A stretch of DNA of 64,000 bases from Anolis carolinensis (taxonomy: Eukaryota): positions 48,540,024 through 48,604,023 of the forward strand of contig NC_085845.1 in the NCBI RefSeq assembly GCF_035594765.1, read 5' to 3'. The notes beneath the pieces are model-generated. The model had not been told where the DNA came from, made no database searches, and saw only the letters and a program-made list of their open reading frames with translations. Of the stretch, positions 1 to 13,524 are shown in pieces. Every line of letters begins with the position of its first letter. The first letter of the stretch is position 1. Position numbers and translations under genes: made by a program.

Positions 1-1859
1 CTGACAATCTTTTCCCATGGGTGTGCAATGTTAACTGAGTGCTTGAAATATCCTTGTTCCTAAAGCTGACTATCTTTTCCACTTGACTGTGAGAACCAAC
101 AACTTTTCAAGATGGATATACTTTATGGATTAACACTTTGAGAAAACATGAGATTCTGAAATGTAACGGGGATCAGTGAGTACTCCAGGAACAAAGACCA
201 ACTATGGCACTTCGGGTTTCAGTCAAATTATATTCTAGGATTTTGAGTCACTGCCAGTAGAGGTCGCTCTAGGATGTCTGATTTTGAACACCGTTTTCTT
301 ACAACAACACTGGAAGACTTAAAGGATGCTAGTTACAAACAGTTGTGGGAAAGAGCTAGTTTTAGATATGAATTTTAAATAACTAACTTTAAATTAAATT
401 AAATGAGAACCCTTTGATGTTAGGGGAAGACCAGCTGTTGGTTTTAAAGTTAGCTATTGGCTAACTTACAGAATTCTAGAAATGAACATGTAAGCTGGAA
501 TCAAACTACACCATACTAATCAGAATTATTTTGGCTACCATATGAAAGCAGTGGCATATATTTTGAACTATAAATTGAAAGTGACCAGGTTTAAAGGATC
601 TATTAATCCTAACAAACATTCAATTTATTTTGAATGTGAAGTTAGATAAGGTTCACTAATCATGGATCTGAAGGGGGAAAAATGAACAAATCACAACCCC
701 GTAAAACAGTTCTAAAATAATTTTAATTTTTGAGACAGAAGTTTGAATGATCCTATATATTTCTGTAAAATTATCTTCCCTTTAGCCTTTACCACATCAT
801 ACATTTCATGCAAAGAGGCCAACTATGCTTAAACCTTCCCCAAATGTGTAAAATGTATTTCTACAGTTTTAAAAAAATTAAATAAGACCCCAATTTTAAG
901 TTAATAGCAAAAAAAAAATTCCCGATCACTGCATATCTAAGTTATTAAATGTTACAGGTGATTCTCACAATACACATGTGTGTGCTTTATTTTATAATTT
1001 TACTCTAAAGGGCCCAGTTAGAATACTATATCTTTTATTCACAAGTCAAAGAAGAATTTGCATTATTAGGAGGAAATAACGTTTGAGAAAGATAACAGAC
1101 ATTTTATTTGTCTCTTCTTGTTTTTCTGGGAGCTACTTCTATAGAAGTATTTAAACACGATCAGAAAAATCAAGGAAATGGCTCCATGTAAGCCAAAAAT
1201 GCCTGAGTATATTTGTTACAGCAGCAGAGTCCCACTGAGAATTATCCTCCTCGAGGTAGCAATTCCACAGGTATCTACCTGCATTTTCATTCTGATGCTT
1301 ATTTCCATACATGCACCCAGCTGCATACACTATAACTCAACGAGATACGTTACACTTCTATTTCCTTCCCTTCCTTGGAAAGAACTGATTAGAGTTTAAA
1401 GGCAAAAGAGGAAATGGTGTTTTCTATTTTCCCTTTGCTCCTCAACCTCCTTCTCCCTAAGTTATTAGAGAAGTGTCTGGATATTAGCAAGGCCCAGGAT
1501 GAGGAAGGAAATGGCAGGGCATTCAAAGTTGCCTAAGAGCATTCTGGCTTAATTTTTTTTCTGGCTTTTATGCCTTTAAAATTATCCCCATGTTAAGAAT
1601 AAAGTATGAAATATGCACACCATTCTAATGTTAACTTATCTAAACCATAGTAATGAAACATTAGTGGACCAATTTACTTTTATAGCCTATTCTGTATTAT
1701 AAATAAATAAAGAACAATGATAACAAAAAAAATTAAAGGCTTGAAATATAAAATCATTTTTCACTTAAAAACAGCTCAATTCAAAACCAGCTAAAACTAT
1801 TTTAAATCATGTCAACTCTAACACATTTGTATACAATTAATCAGAGCCTGAAGATTTTA

Positions 1860-2250
1860 ATAAAAAACCATGTTTGCTATCAAAATAATACCAGCAGTGG
1901 CATCAATCAGATCTCTGAGGGGGATATTCCATAACTGGGGGACCAGGGCAGAAAAGTTTTTTGCCACATCCTCCCCATGTATTGCCCTTAGAATACATTG
2001 CCCTAGACACTGAGGAGGGCCCTTCCAACAGACCTCAGACATAAACATAAATGAATGATGCTCCTCGAGTATTCAGATCTCAAGCCATTTTGTGGTATTT
2101 AATATTATCTTGAATTCAGATTGGAAGCTTATGTCATTTAGTGTAATTCCTTTAAAAGTAGTATTACATGGCTTCTGTATGGTGTTCCTGTCACTCTAGC
2201 TTCCACATTATAGACTAACTGTAATTTCGGAATCATCTTTAAGGGTACTT
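1860..2250 (-). mobile_element. Old degenerate L2-like LINE 3' fragment (boundaries approximate)
   Basis: Remnant FS.LVPQLWNIPL resembles the L2 ORF2 C-terminus (FSxxAPxLWNxLP). Confidence 0.45.
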
Positions 2251-2533
2251 AGAATGTCTCACCCAAAACAAAGAAAAACACATACATAATACAAGATCAT
2301 TTATGGGGATTGCTTTCTAAAAATTCCTCTGTTGAGGAATAAAACCAGTGGATTTTATGGCTTACATAAAGAGACAGCTACATTTTAGGTGGGAAATTAT
2401 CAGTGAAGAAAGTGGTAGGACAGTTCTGCGAGTTGGAAGATGTGAAAAATGTAGGAATCCACAGAAACTGAATCATTTGTGGGATTCACTGGTAAACTTC
2501 TCTATCCGTTGTTATTCAAATTAGGGTTTTCTG

Positions 2534-5467
2534 ACCAATCTTTTAATTTAGATTTTGGGTTTTCTACTATACATATTAAATCGTCCGCAAATGCCCGTAT
2601 TTTAATTTCTTGTTTATCAATTTTAATGCCTTTTAAGTTTGGATCCTTCCTAATTGATCTTAGGAGTACCTCTATCGCCAAAATGAAAATCAGAGGGGAT
2701 AACGGGCAGCCTTGCCTGGTGCCCTTTTTTATTTCAAATTCTTCTGTTGTTTCGCCATTGATCCTTAATTTTGCTTTTTGTTGATTATAAATCGATTGTA
2801 TTCCATTTATGAATTGCATTCCAAAATCTAATTCTTTTAATAACAGTTTTACAAAGTCCCAATTAAGTTTATCGAAGGCTTTCTCCGCATCCAGCGATAG
2901 AAAGCCGACCTCTTTTTGGCAGTTCTGATCATAATATTCAATGGCATCTACAATAATTCTAACATTGTCTTTTGTGCTACGATTTGGTAAGAACCCCATC
3001 TGGTCTTCTTCAATCCATGTCTGTAGAAATTCTGTTAGTCTATTCGCTAATATTTTCGTGAAAATCTTATAGTCTGTATTTAACAGGGAGATTGGACGAT
3101 AGTTTCTTACATCCCTCGGGTCTTTCCCCTCTTTATGTATCATTATGATTTCAGCTTCCTTCCAAGTATCTGGTATGGTCTTATCAGTTAGGGCCAGGTT
3201 CATTATTTTTTTTTAAATGTTGAAGGACAACGTCCTGCTCAATTTTGTAGAAGCCTGCAATGAACCCATCGGGGCCTGGCGCTTTGTTTGCATCTAGATC
3301 CTTTATTGCCTTTTTAATTTCGTCGATATCTATTACCTTATTTAAATTTAACCTCTGTTCATCTGTAATCTTCTGTAGTTTTTGTTGGCATAGATATTCT
3401 ACTATATCATCTTGGCTAATTTGATCCTTGTCATATAGTTCTTTATAGTATTTTTTAAATTCCTCTCTTATCTCCTTATCAGTATTTATCTCTCTATCTT
3501 TTAATTTGATTTGTAATATTTGTTGCGCTTCCCTTTTTTTTCTAATTAATCTTGATAGCCATTTTCCCGGCTTATTGGCATTTTCATATCCATACTGTTT
3601 TGTCCATTTTATCTGATTTGGTAAACTAGCGGGAGTGAGTATAAATAAAGACAAAACGGTGATCCTGACAAAGAGTATTTCTTTAAAAGATCAAGAAGAA
3701 ATAAAGAGGATATCAGGCTTAGAAATAGTAAAAAAAATTAGGTACCTGGGAATTTGGATTGGAGTCAAAAATAATCAACTGTTGGAACTAAATTATAGTA
3801 AAAAATGGAAAGAAATTAAAAAAGATTTAGAAAATTGGAAGGATTTAAATCTGTCTTTATTAGGAAGAATTGCGACTGTCAAAATGAACATTTTACCTAA
3901 ATTATTTATTTCGGAATATACCTATTATTAGAAATATGAAGCTAATCAATGGCTGGAATAAGGAAATAAGTAGATTTATATGGAAAAACAAAAAACACAG
4001 AATTAAATTAGCAACAATGATCACCCCAAAATCAAAAGGTGGATTCGGCCTCCCAGATTTTAAATTATACCATGAAGCCTGTACACTAGACTGGACTATG
4101 GATTGGGTAAAATTAGAAAAAATCAAAATTTTAACACTGGAAGGTTACGACCTAAGAAAAGGTTGGCACAGCTACTTATGGTGTGACCAATTTAAAACTG
4201 AAAAAAACTTCGGAAATCACTTCATTAGATCATCCCTAATCAAAACATGGATAAAATACAAAAGATATTTTTATGGGAAAACCCCACTCTGGTTTTCACC
4301 CTTAGAAGCACATCAAAGAAGACTTCTTGGTTGGAATAACTGGCCGACATATAGGGAAATCCTAAAGAAACCCCTTAGAACAGAAGAAACACCTCAAATT
4401 GAGGAATTAAAGGAACTCCAAAAAGGATATAACAACGTATCTTGGTATCAGTATTTACAGATAAAGGAGAGTTTTAAAAAAGATAAAGAAGTAGGGTTTA
4501 ATATGTGTAATGGATTCTGGGACAACATACTTTTAAGGAAAAAAAAAGTCATAACACTACTATATAATAAATTATTAGATTGGGCAACAGAATCTGAAAT
4601 AGTCAAAGAATCAATGCTAAAATGGTCAAGGGATGTAGGTCGACCGATCTTAATGGATGAATGGGAAACAATCTGGAATAAGAAAATTAAATACTGCCTA
4701 GCAACTGATCTCAAAGAAAATTGGCTAAAAACAATACACAGGTGGTACCTAACACCAAAAAAAATAGGGTATATGTTCCAGAATATAGACAATAGATGCT
4801 GGAGATGCAAAGAACAAGTCGGCTCATACCATCATATGTGGTGGAGCTGTAAGAATATTAAAAAATATTGGAAAGTAATTAGAGAGGAATGTGGAAAAAT
4901 TTTAAAAACCAAATTTGAATGTAAGCCAGAAATATTCCTATTAGGACTATCCCCTATATTAGATAACAAGAGGAAAGATACAAAGGAAAATAGGAAGAAT
5001 GCTGAGAAAATCTTCACTTTTTTAGTAACTGCAGCTAGACTAGTAATAGCGAGATATTGGAAAGGAACAATTATCCCAACTAAAGAAATGTGGCTGGAAA
5101 AAGTAACAGAGATTAAGAATATGGATAAATTGACCTACATGGTCAAAAAGAATACCGGACGCGCCATGAAGGAAACGGATTGGTCAGACTTTGAAAAGTA
5201 CCTACAGGAAGAATTAAGAAGGTGATGAATAAACAGACTGAACAGGAAGACAGAAGAGTGGAAGTCTACCCCCCCCCTCCCTAGTTAGATAACCTTTCCC
5301 AGCTCTTTCCCTCTCCCTTCTTCCCTGACAACCCTCCCCATATCCGCCCCATCGTCTCGATGAGACTCCTATCCCCACCCAATATCCTTCCCACCCAGAT
5401 CAACCCTATTCTTTTCCTTTAGTTCCCAACTAAATGTACTAAAATTCAATAAAAAATTAAAAAAAAA
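2534..5467 (+). mobile_element. L1 LINE, 5'-truncated with 5' inversion (2534 to ~3620 minus; ~3617 to 5467 plus)
   Basis: ORF2 RT motifs on minus (KAPGPDG, YRPISLLN, GTRQGCPLSP, FADD). The continuation is on plus (FGKLAGVSINKDKT, YLGI, GGFGLPDF, CWRC...HMWWSC). AATAAA and a poly(A) tail follow. TSD AAATTAGGGTTTTCTG at 2518-2533 and 5468-5483. Frameshifts near 3210 and 3905. Confidence 0.95.
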
Positions 5468-5811
5468 AAATTAGGGTTTTCTGCTCCTCCATACCACCAT
5501 TGTAGACAGCCTCAACACCAAAGCCATACAGAGAAAGTTTTGGGGGTATATGAGGGGACACAGGAGAGAAGGAAGGGGGCATAAATTATATCAAAAACAA
5601 TGGGATATAGCATTAGTACACAGGTGATCCTAGCCAATCAATTCACTTTGAAGACTCTCAAGTACTAAACACACTATCTGTTATCAAGGGTGTTGCCTTT
5701 CACATTACAAGTCAAACTTAACAATTATTACTGTATAATAGTGTTTTAATGTCATATGTCATAGAGGACAGAGAGAAAGGGAGAGCTGAGAAAAACAATA
5801 GTTTCCCTTAC

Positions 5812-5979
5812 CATTTGCATAATCACCAATGGAATTGGTTTTGCCATTCCAGTACCACAACAGCAGTGTTGCATCCCGAGACCCTGAGATAATGTAACAA
5901 TTTCCTCCAATATAGGATTCCGAACGGGCAAGGCAGGTGACAACATCCCAGTGTCCAAACACAACTTGTATCAGCTTTC
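5812..5979 (-). CDS. LRBA: LRBA coding exon (WD40 repeat), 168 nt, phase 1-1
   Basis: Acceptor ttatag (AG=5981-5980) and donor gtaagg (GT=5811-5810). Translates (G)[55 protein letters not shown], a GH...SGSRDxT...W WD40 repeat. Confidence 0.96.
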
Positions 5980-6508
5980 CTATAATATAAAGGAATCATT
6001 TTTTAGACCTAGAGCAAACTTGTGATAAGAAAGCAAATATAACTCCCATCTCCACAGAACTGATATGATACATGGTTTCAGTTATCCAGTTTCACATATT
6101 CACTTATGAGTCTATACAGTCTTCTACAGTCTATACTCTCTTCTTGGTACCTCTGTTGTTCGTCACACTGAAAGTATAAAGTTCTCTATTATCCAGAGTT
6201 TCATGTATCCACACAAAGCCCAGGGATGTGCCCCCCACAGATATCTACTTAATTTAGAACTGTCCACTCCTTATGACAGTGTATCTTTCCCAATTCTGCT
6301 ATCTTTAAGCCTTTGAGTACAGAAATGTCTAAAAGGCCCTTTTTAGACTTGTACAACTAGTATTTTAACTGTTCTTCTCAAATTACATACCCATCCAGAA
6401 AAACTTGTCCAACTTGGCTAATATATTTTCAAAATTGCTGGCCACAAAAATGTAAAAAATACTCTTCTATTTAGTTAGTTCCATTCCATTTATTATATTC
6501 CATTCCAT

Positions 6509-6779
6509 TTATATTTTCTAACAATAGTAAAATTAGTACTCAGGAATGTAGACCAAAATTATACAAATTTCTAACTGATTTTTCAACAATGTGTAATTTA
6601 TTGGATTAAACCTAAAACCAAATAAATCATAGAATTATAGAATCATAGAATCTATGATTCTATGATTCATTTGGTTTTAGGTTTAATCCAATAAATCACA
6701 CATTGTTGAAAAATCAGAAATTCGTATAATTTTGGTCTACATTCCTGAGTACTAATTTTACTATTGTTAGAAAATATAA
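6509..6779. repeat. Long inverted duplication (foldback palindrome) centred on ATTCTATG repeats
   Basis: 6509-~6641 is the reverse complement of ~6651-6779, with a few substitutions and one 4-nt indel. Confidence 0.95.
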
Positions 6780-7148
6780 CTAGCTGCTTTATTGGCTGGG
6801 ATTCTGTTGTTTAGTCCCAGCTAAAGCAGATGCACTTAATCGATGGTAAAACAGTGAGTTGATACATAGGTAAATCCAGCTAACTCTATGGTTTTACTCT
6901 ACTTGGGACTTAACAATAAGCAGATATGGTGCTGGAGAAACTATTAAGTACTGCCTACTCAATCTCCCTTTATATTTATTTAACTACTTTCTAATAATGT
7001 CCTAAGGGTGTTTCCGTGTTTTTGTTGCTTTAATCATAAGTGCAGCTGTTTAAACCATAGTATCAATGGCCACCATATGCATTAGGATATCCTTTTTTGA
7101 CAGAACAAATTTGCTAGTTACTGTTTGATGTAACAGCTGTACTACAGA

Positions 7149-7206
<58 letters not shown>
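7149..7206 (+). repeat. (AAT)n microsatellite
   Basis: About 19 perfect units. Confidence 0.98.
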
Positions 7207-9588
7207 TGCAAGTGTCTGCCATACTGTTTTTTTTTAAATGCCTGAAAAATATCAACCACTGTGGGATGGTTTTATTGTGGGTCTGCTTTACTAGCTGTTT
7301 CAGAATGAATGATTTATGTTCAAGGTATTTCCTGTTGCAACCCAGTCACCCCCCTGCCACAAATCTAATAAGAAAAGGGTTCTTTTCTGTAAGTGCTAAA
7401 ATATAATTGAATTCAACATTTGTGAGGACTTGCCATTACCCATTACTGACCACATCATCTTCTCATGTTCATTCTACATTCCCCTATCCATATTTTTCAC
7501 TTCTGAGTGGGGATAGCCAACATAATACTACAACATTTTTGCATATTAAAAACAAAGGGGAAACACAAAAACAGAGTCAGCTTTCTATTATAATCTGAGT
7601 TGCTTATTTATATATTTATCTTGGCTTCAGGTAGATATTTCTCAATTTTTATTTAAATGAAATGAGTAAAGTAAAGATAAACTTGGTTCTCATAATGTCA
7701 TAGGATCTTAGGGATCTTTTTTTTTTTTTAGAAGCGTGACCATACTTTCCCTTTTCTTGTTCTTTCTCTAAGTAGATGCACAAACAGACATATAGATAGA
7801 TCAGTAGACAGAGTTATCCACCACAAACAAAAGAGCTCCTTCTGTTCACAGAGGGAAACTGAATTCAGTAAAGACTCCCCACTGAAAGAAAAGTGTGCTG
7901 CTGGTGATTTTCTCTGAATCCCCCTTTCCCAATGCTACCTTCAGCATTCAGGGTCCTCAGCCCACTCACTGTGTTAGAGATGATGTTAAGATATGAAGGA
8001 GTAATAGAGAAATCAGTATTCTTCTCTCTTTCTCCTAGAACTAAAACAACATCCAATCTGGATCTAGCCCATTCATTATCAGATCAGAAATACACTGAAC
8101 CCATCTGTGCAACTACAACTCCAGAGCTTCATACCTTCACTAGAATCAATAAACTAAAAAGTATTTTATGACAGTTGAGGAGATGTTTTCCTGAATGGGG
8201 TGGATCCGATACAGAAAACTGCCCTGAAGTCATAAGAGTTTCAGTGAAAAACAAACCACCAGACAAGAGTTCTGCTCACTGAACTTAGAATTCAGTCTTG
8301 CAGCTTTAATATATTGAACCTGATGCCATAAAGTTGGTTAAGAATTCACCCAATGTCCTCCATCACTATTTGCTAATCTTTTACTGATACTCACACCCAC
8401 TACATAAAAGCAAAACATCAATCTAAATAGTTCTGTTTAAAATATTAAAGGGAGAGAATGCTCAATAAACCCAGGCCTTCATTTTTTGAAAAGGGTTAAT
8501 AAAAGAAAATATATATGTTTTGTTTTTAAACACACATACGCATTATTAACATTGATTCCTGTGGAAAGAACAAAGTGATTTCTTTTTAATAACCCCCACC
8601 AGTATCCCACTTGGTTACTGGAGAGCACATGTGTCTCAGGAAGCACATTTTGAGCATTATTAAACACAAACCAGAGGTCACATTTTAATAGCAGCATTTT
8701 AATGTCCCAGATTACTATGTTCCAATACATTTTAGATTACTCTCGCCTCTCTCTTCAAGACATAGGTATGGGCTACACACGCAGCAGAATCTGGGTGGGA
8801 TGAGGGTGTACAATGGTATAACTTAACTCCATAGCTAATGCAAGCACACAGTTTTTTAAATTCCCATGTTAGCTAAAGACTAACACATCTGGGAAACAAC
8901 TACGGTTGACCAATTATCACAGATACACTGGCTTTTGAAACTTTTTTTTTAATTTGTAAGGTATTGCAAAAATATTTACATTGGAGAAAATTCTAAAAAT
9001 CTATTTCCTACTTGAATTTTGAGTAAGTCTCATAACCATGGCAGCCACTCTGATGCACATATAGACCAGGTTTAATATTATGTCCCCAAAGATGTCTCCA
9101 TAAAACTTAAAGCAAATAAACATTTTCATTTTAACTCTCAAATTCTTTTACTCTGATGTTTTATTAGCATTTCAAAGAATGGATTTATAATGCAAATTCC
9201 AATAATATTTATTGTTGTCACACATTGGGGTCTTTTCCGTTGATTCATTAAGTTAAAATATTTTTCTTTGTCAAATTGTTCCAGTAATTTACTGTGAGCT
9301 AGGTTCTTAAATAGGAACAAGGAATATTCTTGGAGATCCATTTTGTGATGAAAAAAGTTGCAAGGATCATCACTCAAAGAACAAGGATAGGAAAACATCC
9401 TGAACCATTTCTGATTTAACAGAAGGCTGCTCTTAGGTAAATGTTGTAACTCCATTAATATATATGGGGGCTATGAACAGATTAAAATAAGTGGTATAAG
9501 CTCCTGCAAAGAATTTGCGTGCATTTATTATATGCAGATCACAAACCAGCAATAGAAACAAGAAATTCAAAATAGCAAGGTTAATGCT

Positions 9589-11298
9589 GAAAAGGGAAGA
9601 ACAGGGAGACAATAGGGCCTCTGCGAGGAGAATATGGGGTGATGCTGACAGGGGATAGGGAAAAGGCAGAACTGTACTTAATGCCTTCTTTGCCTCAGTC
9701 TTCTCACAAAAAGAAAGGCGTCCTCAACCTCAGCAAAAGGATTAGGGGAAATCCAACTCCAAATATGGAAACAAGTTGTCCAGGAACACCTGGCCGCTCT
9801 AAATGAATTCAAGTCCCCAGGGCCAGATCAACTACATCCAATAGTATTGAAGGAACTAGCAGAAGTTATTTCAGAACCACTGGCAATCATCTTTGAGAGT
9901 TCTTGGAGAACGGGAGAAGTCCCAGCAGATTGGAGGAGGGCAAATGTGGTCCCTATCTTCCAGAAGGGAAAAAAGGAAGACCCAAAATAATTACCGTCCG
10001 GTCAGCCTCAGGTCGATACCAGGCAAGATTCCGGAAAAGAATGTTAAGGAAGTGATCTGCAAACACTTAGCAAGGAATGCAGTCATTGCTAATAGTCAAC
10101 ACGGATTTATCAAAAACAAGTCATGCCAGACTAATCTGATCTCCTTTTTGATAGAGTTACAAGTTGGGTAGATGCAAGGAATACCGTGAATGTAGCATAT
10201 TTGGTTTTCAGTAAGGCCTTTGACAAGGTCTCCCATGACCTTCTGGCAAATAAACGAGTCAAATGTGGACTAGGCAAAACTACTGTTAGGTGGATCTGTA
10301 ATTGGCTAAGTGAACGAACCGAAAGGGTACTCACGAATGCGTCTTCTTCATCCTGGAAAGCAGTGACACAGGGTTCCGTTCTGGACCCAGTTCTGTTCAA
10401 CATCTTTATTAATGACTTAGATGAAGGGTTAAAAGGCATGATCATCAAGTTTGCAGATGACACCAAATTGGGAGGGATAGCTAATACTCCAGAAGACAGG
10501 AGCAGAATTCAAAATGATCTTAACAGATTACAGAGATGGGTTGAAACTAACAAAATGAAGTTCAACAGGGACAAATGCAAGATACTCCACTTAGGTAGAA
10601 AAAATGAAATGCAAAGATGCAGAATGGGGGACGCCTCGCTCAACAGCAGTACGTGTGAAAAAGATCTTGGAGTCCTCGTGGACAAGTTAAACATGAGCCA
10701 ACAATGTGATGTGGTGGCTAAAAAAGTCAATGGGATTTTGGCCTGCATAAATAGGAGTCTAGTGTCTAGATCCAGGGAAGTCATGATACCCCTCTATTCG
10801 TCCCTGGAATAATGTGTCCAATTTTGGACACCGCAATTGAAAGAAGATGTTGACAAGCTAGAAGGTGTCCAATAATCAAGGGTCTGGAGAACATGCCCTA
10901 CAAGGAGTGGCTGAAAGAGCTGGGCATGTTTAACCTGCAGAAGTGAAGAGGAGAGGAGACATGATAGCTATGTATGTGAGGGGAAGTCATAGGGAGGAGG
11001 GAGCAAGTTTGTTTTCTGCTGCCCTGGCTAGGACGTGGAACAATGTCTTTAAACTACAGGAAAGGAGATTCCACCTGAACATCAGAAAGAACTTCCTCAC
11101 TGTGAGAGCTGTTCGGCAGTGGAACGCTTTGCCTTGGAGTGTGGTGAAGGCTCCTTCCTTGGAGGCTTTTAAACAGAGGCTGGAGGACCATCTGTTGGTG
11201 GTGCTTTGAATGTGATTTCCTGCTTCTTGGCAGGGGGTTGGACTGGATGGCCCATAAGGTCTCTTCCAACTCTATGATTCTATGATTCTATGATTCTA
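9589..11298 (+). mobile_element. CR1 LINE, 5'-truncated, decayed ORF2 (5' boundary approximate)
   Basis: Remnants KSPGPD, NYRPVSL, SQHGFIKNKSCQTNL, FSKAFDKV, KFADDTKLGG and EKDLGV, with frameshifts and stops. CR1 3' UTR ending in (ATTCTATG)n at ~11271-11298. Confidence 0.95.
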
Positions 11299-11833
11299 AA
11301 CAGAGAACTGAATCCATGTCCATCCTAAAGTTTAGGGGAATGGCATTTGCTAGAACTGGGGCAGCAGGGAGAGGCAGAAGGTTATATAGTCAATTAATAT
11401 TTCGCTTACAGCGAAAGTCTATCTTATGCAAGAGAACGTTTGAATGATGCTGGATCTGACCAAAAGCTCTGTTTGATTTTCTAATTGAAAGCAGAAATTT
11501 AAAGGGTGATAGAAGGAGGCATAAAGGAATGATCACTATTCTTTTCTAAGTAAATATCTTAAGAGGTTGGAAAGTTTTCATGTACAAAGATTTTGGATAG
11601 AAGTTGCACATTCTTCTCTTTCTAAAGAGGGTTAAAATAACATTATCTTTTCTCTTATTTGTTGTATGGTATGCAAGCACTCTTGTATTGTAAAGCAAAG
11701 AAAAGTGAAAAATTAAATAAAAAACAAACTAAATTAAAGACATTTAAATGAAGAGAAAAACCAGAAGAGGAACCAACACCTTACCCAAAGTTATAGAAGA
11801 CAACCAAGTAATACACTAAATTTGATAACATAC

Positions 11834-11989
11834 CTGTATCAGTAGAGTACACCCGGAAACTTTTGTCCCAGAAACCACAGACCAGAATGTATCGATTATC
11901 AGAAGTGATTACAAAACACTGGGAATGGACCTGAATACTTTGGTCTAAAAGATCTGTGATTTGCCTCCTGTGCATACTCGTATTGCTGG
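11834..11989 (-). CDS. LRBA: LRBA coding exon (first WD40 region), 156 nt, phase 1-1
   Basis: Pyrimidine-rich acceptor ccctgcag (AG=11991-11990) and donor gtatgt (GT=11833-11832). Translates (A)SNTSMHRRQITDLLDQSIQVHSQCFVITSDNRYILVCGFWDKSFRVYSTDT. Confidence 0.96.
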
Positions 11990-12964
11990 CTGCAGGGAAG
12001 AGAAGAGAGAGAAAAAACCCATAACATATTAATTTGGGATTATTTCAAATTGAGTTTTTATTTCTTGATTTTTACACAGGTAATTAAGCAATATGTCTTG
12101 CTATTGCTCCTGCCCATTTCCTCCTCACTGCTTCATTACAAGCTTTTCTATATTTGCCAGGAAGGAAATTCTACAAGATCTAGCCTATACATTCAATTAC
12201 CACCAGTGAGCAAATGCATCGCTGCAAAATATTATTTGGAATGGGATACCTGTTACATGAATAATTGTTGGGAAAATTTCATATGTCATACTGTTGCATT
12301 AACACTCAACTAACTATTAATTGTTCAGTTGAAAGAGTGACAAAAGAGTAAGCCAAACTCTACATTTGGAATTATCTTTGTTAATAAAACTTTTTCAAAT
12401 TAGGATCCTGCTAGCTTGTCTGATGGGCTAATCAGAAGTTATCATACCAACATCACTGTTTATAATGGATACATTAGAGGTAGTGAACCTTATGTAGTTT
12501 GCTGCAAAAGAGATTTCACACATGACTAAATCTTAAGAATAAAACACACCGATTTGGTAATAAGTTTTCAGGCTAATTTTTTCTTGCTCATATGTGACTT
12601 GGTGAACTGCTTTGCCATGTTCTGCTATCCTATGCCCAGTAATAGAAGGTATAAAGCAGAAGTTTTACTAGGAGGATAACTTCTTCAAGCAATCATTGAA
12701 ATAACTGAATGATTTTAGGAGTAAAAGCAGCAGGAAGAGCTTGAGGCAGAACTTTTCTGTACATAATTTGCTCTTGGTTACAAGAAATAGATGGGTTAAG
12801 GGTAGGGAAACATCTCTAGGGGGAAATCTATCAATAAATGGAACATTCTTAAACACTAGAAATTGTTAAGGGCATATAATACTGGATAAATAAGCATTGT
12901 ATTCTTCAGCAATCCTAGACTATTATCTGATAAATAATATTTCATTCTCTTTATTATGCAGGAT

Positions 12965-13121
12965 AAGCATTGGTTACTAGCTAGATGAGAGACTACCAAT
13001 GACTATCAGGTGCTGTATTTCAGAGGAAGAGATTCACTGCTAAAAATTACATCTGAATATTCCTTGGCTAAGAAAACCCTATGAAAGTTTCCATAAGTCA
13101 ACAGGGGACTTAAAGACACAA
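12965..13121 (+). mobile_element. Degenerate 5S-rRNA-derived SINE fragment
   Basis: ggttactagctagatgagagactacc resembles the 5S box C region. Body and tail are similar to the copy at 27560-27739. Confidence 0.5.
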
Positions 13122-13524
13122 ATGATAGACATCTTAATCTCATTCATTCTAATACATTTCTAGTGCTGGTATCAATGCCATGCCTCTATTCCAGAACCAA
13201 ACTACAAGGTTTCTATAAGTTACAAAATATTTATATTTGGATATTTGGTGGCAAAAGAGGTATTATTTTTAATTCAGTAATTTTATTAAGCATTGTGGCA
13301 GGGACTCCCATAAACCCGTGCTCAAAGGTTTAAACAGATAATCAAGGTAGTCAGCTATGTCTGCTCAATACATGCATATAATGAAAATCCGTTACCAATG
13401 ATCAAATTATCCATTTGAATATACTAATTATAGTGAGCTTGATATAAACTACTATTAATCAGACAAAATATTGGGTTGTTGTATGTTTTCTGGGCTGTAT
13501 GGCCATGTTCCAGAAGTATTCTCT

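Noticed and set aside
2521-2526. TTAGGG in the L1 target site as telomere-related targeting
   Set aside because: A single hexamer, expected by chance.
1-5811. Next downstream LRBA WD40 exon
   Set aside because: No matching GHD...C sequence with splice sites found by eye; probably outside the window.
7050-7259. Low-complexity ORFs (poly-Ile here; YLFI, IY and KEGR repeats elsewhere)
   Set aside because: Translations of microsatellites.
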